From the NCBI RefSeq assembly GCF_009914755.1, contig NC_060942.1: DNA of 64,000 nucleotides. The stretch is one strand, 5' to 3'. This DNA is from the human T2T-CHM13v2.0 reference genome, Homo sapiens. The translations under genes and the position numbers were made by a program. Under the pieces are notes generated by a model. It was given only the letters and a program-made list of their open reading frames with translations. It searched no databases and was not told where the DNA came from. Below, piece by piece: positions 1 to 64,000 of this stretch. The stretch's first letter is position 1; each line of letters starts with the position of its first letter.

Positions 1-834
1 ATAGAATGTTCAAGATATTAATAATAATGACCAGAATCAAGGAAGGCAAGGAACACTGTGAGTCAAAGCTTCCAGCAAATCAAAGGGAATGATCAGGCAG
101 TTATAAGACTAGAGGTAGCTGATAGTATAACCTCTTGGCATGAGCTTCAGAGGCAGAGATTTTTTAGAGACGTGTAACGATGCAGTAGGGGGGAAGGACA
201 GCAACCACTGTATCTTGAGATATGTAGAATGTGAACACAGCCCACGCTGGTGTGAGCTGTAGGGTATGGCAGGGCCTCAGGTGGCAGCCAAATTTGTAAT
301 GGGCAAGGCAGTGAAGAGAAAAATCAAAAGAAAAGGCTAAGATGTAGCCAAGTATGGCCTAGGAAGGGATCAGTGACTGGGGCGTGACTAGAACATAATA
401 CAGAATGGAGATAAGTGAAGGCAAAAATGGATGACAAGGGAGGTTTGTACTTTTATTTAAAAGACTGCAGAAAAACCAGGAATGAGCCTCATGGATGCTT
501 CATTTCTGAAATCCCATGCTTAACATTCATCACTGTCTCCCATACATGATTCGTCTTCACTCTAAACTGCCTCCTGTCTCTGTAGATAGTGCCATTAACA
601 TCCAAGTTACCCAGGCTTGAAAAATGGATGAAAAATGCACTCAACCCTTACTCCTATATTCAGTCACTGAATCTTGAGTCTTCCTTTGAAATGGCTTCAG
701 CATCCACTCCTTCCTTATTACTCTGGCCATCATCTGAAACCAGTTCTCATAATTTTAAGTCTAGATTCCCATATCAGTCTCCTAGATAGCACAGCTAATT
801 AACGTCACTTCAGTTTACGCAGAGAGCTTTTGGG

Positions 835-1319
<485 letters not shown>

Positions 1320-1989
1320 TGATTTTTGGAACCTTGATTATAAGCTGCCTGATGTCTGGAACCAAAACTTCTGTAACACTCTATTCCACGTGTACTTACA
1401 AAACACTCTAAACATTTATTAAACAGTTTGATGAAGGCCAAAATAAGAGGCATATGCTATTCTACAACACGGTAACACTCTTCGTCACTTAAAATAATTA
1501 AGCTTTGAGAACACAAAATAAAGCTTTTTAAAAAAGCCATTCAGAAATAGGAAGCAGTTTGGGAAATGATTGTGCTACGCCAATCAAGAAAATGTTGTAC
1601 CTCAAACATCTGAAGGTAGCAATCTGTTTTTTTCTTTCCCTGCAGCTACCCTTATTGGAAACATAAGGGAATATAAAGTGAAAACAGGCTATAGCTTTTA
1701 GCCTTACCACTTTTCAGTTTGGGGATGGAATGCCTTTGGCTCAGTAGATTCTACTGGCTTTGGGGAGCTCAGAAAGGCCATAATGGGGCCTACAGGAAGA
1801 GGAAAAAGAGAGCTGACCTCTTAAGGGCAGGCCTTAGGTACAAGAGGCTTTTTTTAAAAAGTGACAAAACTTTTGAACTAAAGATGGAAAACGTAGTCTG
1901 ACAAAGAATATTTGTGCAACTTTACAGTGCCAGTAAAATCATGGGAAAAGCTTGGATAGCCATACGTAGGTGTTTCTGAAACATGTCAG

Positions 1990-1993
<4 letters not shown>

Positions 1994-2036
<43 letters not shown>
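1994..2036. repeat. (TA)n microsatellite at an Alu tail
   Basis: About 21 TA units. Confidence 0.95.
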
Positions 2037-2070
<34 letters not shown>

Positions 2071-2353
2071 GAGTCTTGCTTTGTTACCCAGGCTGGAGTG
2101 CAGTGGCACAATCTCGGATCACTGCAAATCCTCCGCCTCCTGGGTTCAAGCGATTCTCCTGCCTCGGTCTCCCAAGTAGCTGGGACTACAGGCGCCTGCC
2201 ATCACACCCACCTAATTTATGTTTTTGCTAGAGATGGGGTTTCACCATGTTCCATGTTAGCCAGGCTGGTCTCCAACTCCTGACTTCAGATTATCTGCCC
2301 GCCTTGGCCTCCCAAAGTGCTGGGATTACAGGCGTGAGCCTCCATACCCGGCC
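2037..2353 (-). mobile_element. Alu SINE (AluS-like)
   Basis: Poly-T + Alu dimer; catgtcaga repeated on both flanks (TSD-like). Confidence 0.93.
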
Positions 2354-2549
2354 CATGTCAGATATATTTAAAACTAAGAAAGCTTGGGAAAATCTCTGCC
2401 AATGATCTCCATATCAGTTAACCCCGTTCCATAGAGTCAGAAAGGCAGAGGGTCTTAGTGCAGATGCCTGCATAAAGATAAAACGTTGCATGTTCTTGGA
2501 AAATATGGCTAGACCACCCTTCCCATACCATCTAGCTGCAGTATAAATT

Positions 2550-3010
2550 AACATACCCATGTGGAAAAGTGGTATGAATCAAGAACTACAAAAGTGTTCA
2601 TATACCCTTGACTAGAAATTCCACCTCCAGTATTTTATCCTAAGAAAATAATTTATACACAAAGACATTCATTGTGGCATTATGAGATATAATCTAAACT
2701 GTTCAAAATAAGTAAAGGTTATATGAAACATGGCACATCCATAACAATGGAGTACCATAAAATTAATAATAGTTGACACAGTTTTAATGACATGGAATAA
2801 TGCCTGTAGGTTGAGGGGAAAAACCCCAAGATATAAATTACACTGAGAATGATGAAACTAAGTAAAAATATGCAGAAGTAGCAAAGACAATGGCAAGGAA
2901 GATGCAAAAATATCAAGTGATTTTTTCTGGTGACAGAATCATAGGCAATTAATTGTTATACTTTTCTGTATTGTCTAAATTTTCCACAATAAGCATGTAC
3001 TACTGACATA
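2550..3010 (+). mobile_element. Old L1 (L1M-type) 3' fragments
   Basis: Degenerate L1 3'-end-like phrases (acattcattgtggcattat, ttttctgtattgtctaaattt). Confidence 0.45.
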
Positions 3011-3608
3011 AACAGAAAAAACAAACATTATTCAACCAGGCAAGCATTAAAGAATGGACATTGGGTACAGCTTTATTTATTTCTTTTAGGAATTGCAGGT
3101 TCCTAACAAAGTAGGGGTGAGGGGGGTGTTACAAACCAGTCACTAGGCAGGAACATTAGACTCCAAAAGCAGAGAAATGCTTAATTTTCTTCTACCTGTT
3201 TCACCACATTCATGTAGAACTGTAGTAAAAAAGATGGTGAATCAGGCTGAATCAATCTAAATAACAACTTAAGGCTCCCAAATCACATGAACCTAGGACC
3301 ACTAAATCCAATGTCAGACGTGTTTAAATGGTGCACTGCTCTACATTTTTCTATTATGCAAAGAGCTAGAAAATAATGGTAGTGTCATTATGACATTCCA
3401 TGAAAATGAAGAAAATCTTTCAGGAAAAATTAAGAAAATAAAAATGTTTACTAAAGAAAGAATGGTCCGGCTAAGTGCTTTTTTTTTTTTTTTTTTTTTT
3501 AAACCAACTGAAGGCCAGAGAAATGAAAGGCATACCCGTGAATTAAATTAATGCTTTAAAAAAAATTGACTTTACTTAAAATACAAACAAACATCAACTA
3601 ATGAATAC

Positions 3609-3614
3609 TTTATT
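3609..3614 (-). terminator. Distal AATAAA poly(A) signal
   Basis: AATAAA followed on the minus strand by GU-rich gttgatgtttgtttgta. Confidence 0.55.
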
Positions 3615-4129
3615 GGCAGAAAAAAAAGACAACTTGGCTGGAAATGCTGAGTGTCTTGGACTGGTCTGAAGGAAGAACATCTGAAAGGTCTGAATGTCAA
3701 AGTCAGAACAGTCTCTGGTCAATCCTACTTTGCTTAAAATCCAACATTTTACCTTTCTTCAAATTCCTCAAGACTAAGGAAAACTTGGTTTTATACCAAG
3801 AATTATGAATCAACCTACACTTGCTATCCCTTACATCACATTTTCATTCTAGCTTTTCTGAAACACATTACCAGATAAATGCCATATAACCTAAATTCAC
3901 CTCAATGCTTTCATTTTGCCTTTACAATTACCTTAGGACAGATGCCAAGTTTTTATAACTTCAGGCCAGAAAATCCTCAAGTGGCTCACCTAATTGTCAG
4001 AAAGTGAGTGAGTGACAACAGACCTCAGGCACGAAACTATTTTCAGCACCAATTACACTGTGGGGGGTTACCAGAACAAGAAAAGGCCTTCATAGTTCTA
4101 AGTGAAGAAAGATAAAAACATTTTATTTT

Positions 4130-4436
<307 letters not shown>

Positions 4437-6757
4437 TTAGGAGGCTGACAATTACAGTTCATTTCCTAAGATATTCCAGACAATCACTGGTTGGCTGACA
4501 GAATCTAGGTGACAGCTAAGATCACCCCTCTGAAACTCCCTTATATTTGGTTAAGCAGAAATCTGGGCTAGCAAAATAAACTACTAGAAAGTCAGGGTCT
4601 GGATAAGAAACAGTGACCACATTAAAGGCTGACGGATTAATAATCATGATGTTGCCATAAGGCCAAAGTCATAAAGTACTAATGCTCAAGACAGATAAAC
4701 AACGTAAGCCCCAATTTCAAGATGATAAACTTCAAAGTGTATTTTTTAAAATGCAAGTTGCCTGTATGAAATAAATTAAAAATTTATATGTAATTTCAGT
4801 GTAAAACACCAAAACCGAACATTAAAACTGTTCACAGAAAATAGAAAAAAAAAACAAAAAAACAAATCACAATTATAAAAGCACAGAGATATCAGTTATA
4901 AGAACCAAGTAAATAAACTAATTTCTATTAATATTTTCATTTACTTTATAAAACTTTGTTGATTAAATTGGGGGAGTCTCTGACAATCTAAAGGGTAACA
5001 AAATAACAAATATACATCATTTCTTTATAAGTCATACCACACAAACCAAGTTAAGTTTTTTCTATCTGATTACAGAGTCAATAAATATTGCATCTGTATT
5101 TAGAGCAGCAACATACAACTTTATTAGAAAGAAATACTATATCTGGACCAAAAAACTGCAACATGGTTTGGAAATCTAATGACTAAGAAGGTAAAACTGG
5201 CAACTATGTGCAACTACTGCTCGTAGATTTGGGTTTGTTTCCCCCCCAACATCTTTAAAATAAGCAGCCCCCACAAAGGGATAATCCATTGAATAAGGAG
5301 ACAATGTAGCCAAAGAAGGGATTTGTGGAAAACCATATGAATTTAAATCAACATAAAAAGAACACACAAAGGCCATGGAAACTTGAGAAGGTGAAAGAAA
5401 AAAAAAAAAAACCCCAAGCAAGGACAAGTCAGCTCCTTGGAGCTGCACCAACTCTTAAGTAGGATGTCCCTATTCTAACGGAAATTGATGAGTCCACACC
5501 TGGGCACTTCAGTTTGAGAAATCAATTGGTTGGACTGGCCATTAAAAAAAGGACTTTGTTTTTAAGGTAGATAAAGCTTAGAGAGAGAAAGCTAAACAGA
5601 AAAGTACCAAATCCTTGTGAACTCAAAAATGATTTAGGAAGTCAAATGAAGCAAACTAAAAAACTGGATGAAAATGTTTCTCTAAGAGTAAAACCCAGTT
5701 TTCTCTGTGATTTAAAATCAAACAAACACACTATAGAAGAGAAATTTTCAAAGTGCACCCAATAAAACCTCAGAGGTTCCCTGGAGTGTTTGGGGTAGCA
5801 TGGATTGAGACAGGAAGTGGGTTCAGGCCCATCTCCCCCAACCCTTCTTCACTTTAATTCAAACATTTCTAATTCTCTTTTGTCGTTTGTAGTTTCAGGT
5901 AAGATATCATTTTAAAAAAATGAAAAAAAAAAAAAATCTAATGCTGTCCCTTTCCCTAAGTTTGAAAATCACTGCTGAGACTGAAATTACATTGGTGAGA
6001 AATATGATCATCATAAATCTAAAACACATTTTCTATGTAGTGCTACCAAAATACAAAGTTTCATCAAATATTTCACTACTATTCTGTAAAATAAATGAGA
6101 AAATTAAGTTGTTGGGAAGAAATTAAATTTTGTTATTACCACCTCCCAAAATCTGCTCTTCTGCTGGCTCCAAGATATCAATATTTGATAGTGTGAACAA
6201 ATTTCTAACAAACATTCCAGTCACACCGTACCCCAAAGACATTTCATTCAATGGCTGCATAGTTTCTTTTTTGAGAAGGCAAGCCTCAAATTTATAGAAA
6301 ACTCTAGAATGAAAAATGTACAATTACTAAAAACATAATAACACACTTTATGTCAGGGCAGAATCTGCATAGTGCTTTTAAACATAATCACCAATGAAGA
6401 GTAGCCAAATCCCAGAACTTCACACAGCACTCATTAGCAAACAACGTCAAAGTGTAAATGATAAGCAGGAAAAAAACCAAGTAACACGAATGCCATTTTT
6501 CTTTGATGCAATCACGAAGAAAAGTGGAAATGCAGGACGAAAAGTGGAATCCAAGCTTTGGCCACGTACTGAAACTTCATTACTTCAATGAAACAGAGCA
6601 AATCTCCATGGAAAGGACTCATTCAGCAAACATTAAGTTCTTTCCATATATTTTTTTTCCTTCACGTAAGGTTAAACAGAAGTTGCTGTCATTCTAGAAT
6701 CAGTGATTACAATTTTTTTTTTAATTAGAAAAAAGGTTACTTGAATATTTACATAAT

Positions 6758-6773
6758 TTTATTGCTCTTTATT
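6758..6773 (-). terminator. Proximal tandem AATAAA poly(A) signals
   Basis: Two tttatt on + strand about 320 nt after the stop, with U-rich sequence downstream on the minus strand. Confidence 0.65.
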
Positions 6774-7089
6774 TTAACAAAAACTTTTTTCACTGATTTG
6801 TAGACTCCATCCATTAACGTATGAAAGTGAAATCCATCTCTCAGGAAGATACAGTTATGGTTGAATGTATCTGATGCTGAGAGTACAGCATAATTAAGAA
6901 AAATCCTTGCATGTCATTTGGTTCTTGTTGCAGTCTTCTGTGTTCACCCCTCAGAAAGCAAAAGAATCCATCTGACTTTCAATAAATACCAAATTATTAA
7001 AAAAAAAAAAAAAAGAACGTTTCCACAGACTAGAGATCCAAGAAAAAGCAGTTCTGATGAATGATTCCCAGAATCAAGTGAGTCCTCCT

Positions 7090-58910
<51,821 letters not shown>

Positions 58911-59137
58911 CTGGGAAGAAAAAAAAAAAGAAAGATAATATTTCAATAACAAATCCAACACTACAACCACCTGCAATAACCAGGCATTTTTTATAAAGTA
59001 CCTGCCAAATTCTGAAACGTTATGGTTAAAATACTCCAAAATCAGGAAGTACTAAACTGCATTCATCTTGGAATCATGAGTAAAGTCACTACAAAGGGGT
59101 TTCTTTAACGTTAAGTACGTAACCATTCTTTATTCTA

Positions 59138-59493
<356 letters not shown>

Positions 59494-59823
59494 TCATTCT
59501 TAACTATAATATTATCTAATGAAAGGAAGTCAAAATGCTCCCCAGGAGAACTGTATTCAAGAATTAAATGTTTTTTGTTTATTTTTCTTTGTTGTATTTT
59601 GCTTTTGGTGCTCTGTATTTAATTACACAAAACACTCATATAAGAAAATTTTGAATGTCAAAACTTTTAAGTTTTGAAGATACCTAATTTGCATATGAAA
59701 GTCTTCCCAGTTAAAAAATATTGCTTAATGAAGTCACCCTTATGTATATTATTACCTGAAATGTATTTATGACTTCACAAAAACCTGCAATAGGTTAATA
59801 ATGAATTATTCAATAATGTTCTA

Positions 59824-60202
<379 letters not shown>

Positions 60203-60769
60203 GGCAAATGGTCCTTGTATATAACACTGTCCAGTTTTCCTGCTACATGAAGATAAAAAAGATGCCAGTTGGATATCCAATGTCAGAGCGGTTCAACCAC
60301 AAGTCACATCAAGTCAGAAAAATATTAATTCCCTAGCTAAAATATTCTTTTCTATAAGCACAGTTTATTATAGCAATTATTCTCCTAGAAATGTCACAAA
60401 ATGGTTCATATTTTTTCAGAACGCTTTAAAAAGGAGGGAAGAGGGAGATGCCGTTTAAGATGAAGGCCAAAAAGTAAAATAAAACTTTGGATTATAAACA
60501 TAATTATGGAGCATCAAACACAGAAACATAAGTAAGCCTCTCCATTTCTCCAGTTCCTATTCACTCCTCAACCCTTTTTTTCTTGTTCGGACTCCACTTT
60601 TCACTATCTGTGGCTAAGGTCACCAATGACCTCTTAACTGCCAAATGTAATAACGTGTATTTTGAGATTACAAGTAAACATGCTGCATTTTAATCTTAAT
60701 TAATTAATGACATGAGCATCCAGTCTCTTCAGCCAGAAACCTCAAAAGGTCTAAAGTAAGTACAAATGG

Positions 60770-61400
60770 AGAACTAAAAGAAGAGAGTGCAAAATGAGAC
60801 ATTAAAAAAGAAAACTACTTGCAGAAATAATGAATCAATAATTCTACCTTTGATGGAGGGGAAAAAAGGATTTACAAATCAAACTCCATGTAAAATAATA
60901 CAAAGAAAACTACCTAGTCACATCATAGTCATACTATTGATTATGTTTGATTAATCTTGAAAGCAACGAGAGAAAAAAGAAACAAGGGAACAATGCAAAT
61001 CAAGGCCAACTTCTCATCCGAAGCAATATAGGCCAGAAGGTATCTTTAAAGTGGTGAAAGAACAAACTCAACTGAAAATTCAATACCCTTCAAAAGCAGA
61101 GTGGAAGAATAACTTTTCAGATAAACAGAAGATATAAGAATTTGCTGACAGCAGACATGCATTACAAGAAATGTAAAACAAAATCACCAGGATTATTTTA
61201 AAACATAAATTCAAAACTGGATCTCTGGGAATGAAAATCATACAGTAAATAAGCATAAATGTAAAACAGTATGCTGTATTTTCTTCTTGTAATTTCCTTC
61301 AAAAGACTGTTGACAGCTAAAGTGATGGCATTGAAAGGCAGGATTTCTAACACAGGGAGGAAATATGAGAACAGCAAAAAGAATGGAGGGGGTAGATAAA
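60770..61400 (+). mobile_element. Old L1 ORF1 fragment
   Basis: acctagtcacatcatagtca, ttctcatccgaagcaatataggccagaag, gcagacatgcattacaagaaatgt. Confidence 0.65.
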
Positions 61401-62342
61401 GGAAATTATCTCCCCAACAGTTGTGTTTCCTGCTTTTTTCTGATAAACCTGAAATCTCCCTAAAGACCCTGATAAACCTAAATCTCCCTAAAGACCAATC
61501 CACTCTTAGCGTGCCACAAGCAGCAGGTATCTACACCTGTAAAGTTGGGCACAAGACCCTCTGTGAATTCACGAATATAAATGCCAGTATTTGAGGCTCT
61601 GTCTGAATGACTGGAGACAACCTACCCTGAAAAGTTTCCAAAACCCATGAACCTTAACATTTGAAAAGAGAATGGTTCCATAGTCATGTTGTACATGTAT
61701 GTTCAACATGTACTTTTATATCAAATTGTACTTACATGTTGCACATACGCAATATATATGTACAATTTATAGAACTGGCAGCTTAATGTTAGTAGTCTGT
61801 GTCATAACAGACATATTCTCGGTGTGCCTTTTATTTTTCTGACATATCTTTGACTTTACCTATATTTGCTGTCAAATTTTCAATCCAGATTATAATCTCA
61901 AATAACCACCCAGTATCTATAGAAAAATGGATCTGTGTCATTGCTATATACTATAACCAGACTCCAGGAACTTACAGCAACAAAAAATTGTGCATATGCT
62001 AATAAAAATCTAATTTGTATTAACATTGACAGTTCTTAGATAAGTCAATTTTATGACAGAACAGCAGCCAAAAGCATACCAAACTTTCCATAAAGTGAAT
62101 TTGTTAGCTAAATGGTTATTTTAACATAACCATGAGAAAGAATGCAGGATGCAAAGTATGCAGGTTTTGCAGTTTATTTTCTCCCCATTGTCTACAATTT
62201 GGGAATCAGAAAACCAATTCTGCAGAGATTCCATGAATGCCTTTAAGTTAAGAGCAAATGAAATGAAAAAAGATCATGGCTCAAGGGCATGAATTAAATA
62301 TGGCTTTATTCAAACCTTTCCTTTTTCAACAACCCTTCATAA

Positions 62343-62854
62343 TGTAGATTCTATTTTCCAAATATAACCACATTATCTCCCATCATGTCCTCCTTTTTAT
62401 GTAAACTTGACATTCTTCCAACTGAGTAGTGGGGTCTTTATCAACCTCCCTTTGAATCTGAATGGCCTTTTGTAATAGCATCAACCAACAGTGTACAGTT
62501 TAAGTGATGCTATACAGCTCCAAGGCTGAACCATAAAAATACCACACACATCTTCCTTGCTCTGTGGGGACACTCATTCTTGGAACCTAGCTCTCATGCT
62601 ATAAAGAAGCCCAAATTAGACCACATGAAGAAGCCACATATGGGTATTCCAGCCAACAGCCAAGCTAAGTCCAAGTCATCAGGTGGCATAGCTGCCAAAC
62701 ATATCAGGGAAGATGCCTCCAAGTGATCTGAGCTTCTGGCCAAGTGCACCTCAAGCATATGTCTTCTCAGCTAAGACCCCAGAGATCTTGGGATAAGAAA
62801 CAAGCCACCCACACACTGCCCTTCCAAATTCCTGACCTAAGGAATCCATGAGCA
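62343..62854 (+). mobile_element. MaLR LTR (MLT1-type), cut off by the provirus insertion
   Basis: ttgaatctg...tggaacctagc.ctcatgct...ccaaattcctgacc...gaatccatgagca. Confidence 0.7.
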
Positions 62855-63436
62855 TGTCAGACACAGTAAGTTCCTCTTCAAAGGTTTAATTTCTGACTTC
62901 CCTGTTCTTTGCTCTTAAGCTCAACTTCCTTGTCCCTTCTCCTAAGCTATCTGCTCTGTAAACAACTACTTCTGCCAGTCCCAATCTGTAACTCACATCT
63001 CTTCCTTATTTGGAAAGAGTCCTCTTTACTCCTGGCTACCCATTCTGTAAGCTCCCCCTCTTGCTGAGACAGCTCTCCCTGCCGAAACTACCCTTCCCGC
63101 CTTTGCCGCACCCTGACATGCCCAAACATGCCTTGTACTGTAACAGACAGCCTCTCCCTTTCCGCCTAATTAGCCATATTCAATTTTAAATGGTAGCCAA
63201 TCAGGTCAGTGTAGATTGTGCCGTCTGACTCCAGCCAATGGGGAAAGGACACAGAACCAGAGATTAACCGTGTTAGGGATAAAAACCCCTTCCCCTCCTT
63301 TGTTTGGTGTGCTCTCGCAGCGGCCAGAAGTGTGACCAGCACCCTTCTGCAGAAGTAAATTTGCTTTGCTGAGAAATCCTTCATTTGGCATTTGGGTGCT
63401 TGTTTTCCTTGTGACTCCAAGCTCTTGTTTCTAACA
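62855..63436 (+). mobile_element. 5' LTR of an ERV1 provirus (LTR10/HERV-IP-like)
   Basis: TG...CA termini (tgtcag ... tttctaaca), CCAAT boxes at ~63197 and ~63234, gataaaaa TATA-like at ~63278, agtaaa poly(A)-like at ~63355; PBS follows directly. Confidence 0.82.
63114..63133. promoter_or_regulatory. Candidate p53 response element in the LTR
   Basis: TGACATGCCC AAACATGCCT = two RRRCWWGYYY half-sites, zero spacer, 19/20 match. Confidence 0.7.
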
Positions 63437-63439
63437 ACT

Positions 63440-63457
63440 TGGGGGCTCATCCGCGAT
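63440..63457 (+). promoter_or_regulatory. Retroviral primer-binding site, tRNA-Pro
   Basis: tgggggctcatccgcgat vs tRNA-Pro PBS TGGGGGCTCGTCCGGGAT (16/18). Confidence 0.85.
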
Positions 63458-64000
63458 TGCCTTTCTCATCCAGGAAGAGGTCCCTGATCATCTCTCATGA
63501 GGAGATGCGTCCCCCTGCCTCACTGTGGTGGCCTCAGGGATGAGGGATCAAGACCTCCCCCAGCATGATGAATAAACCTGGACTCTCAGCAACGCAGGTG
63601 AAAAGGATCCTCACACACCATGGCAACCAGGTAACTCTGTACACAAACCAAGGTAAGAAAAGTCGTGGGGGTGACAAAGTATTTCCTTGGTGGTTGGGAC
63701 AACTTGGAGCTTGAATGTGTGTGAATGAGATGTACAATTAAGCACAAAGCAAGCGTGGAGTCTGGATCTGCAGTTCTGTGGTCACCTCATATGGCTTATG
63801 GCAGATTCCTGTTGTGGGGCTTATACCGACACACCGATGCTAAGAGGGACTTAAATTCCCGTGAGGGAAGCAGCCAGAGAAGGACAAAGCAAAAGGAGAG
63901 TAAAAAAGACCTCCAGTAGAGGGGGGTTAAGCCTCTAGAGAAGGGAAGGCAAGAAATATCTAATACGAGGAGGGACTGAGCCTCAGCAAACCTCTAGAGA
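63458..64000 (+). mobile_element. ERV internal leader sequence (provirus continues past the window)
   Basis: Follows LTR and PBS; candidate major splice donor caggtaac at ~63629. Confidence 0.75.

Overview
Primate (almost certainly human) genomic DNA covering the 3' part of PIAS2 (PIASx, an SP-RING SUMO E3 ligase), transcribed on the minus strand. Twelve coding exons of the beta isoform can be read with canonical GT-AG junctions and consistent phase; I number them 3-14 from memory of the gene model. They encode PINIT, SP-RING, SIM and the Ser/Thr-rich tail. The alternative alpha terminal exon and a long 3'UTR with several poly(A) signals are also present. The rest is intronic repeat: about 27 Alus plus L1, L2, MIR, CR1, Tigger/MER44, Charlie, MaLR LTRs, a very degraded ERV/gypsy-like pol, and the 5' LTR, PBS and leader of an LTR10/HERV-IP-like provirus. 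The main observation is that the PIASx-alpha terminal exon appears to be spliced, in sense and in frame, into the N-terminus of a ~2 kb fossil hAT transposase resembling the transposase part of KIAA1586. This suggests a truncated relic of a SUMO-ligase-transposase fusion. Other leads are a near-consensus p53 element in the LTR10, a stop codon inside the donor plus an intronic poly(A) site after the SP-RING exon, several alternative acceptors at the 3' end, and inverted-Alu architectures. Repeat subfamily calls and protein similarities come from manual translation and recollection, not from database searches.
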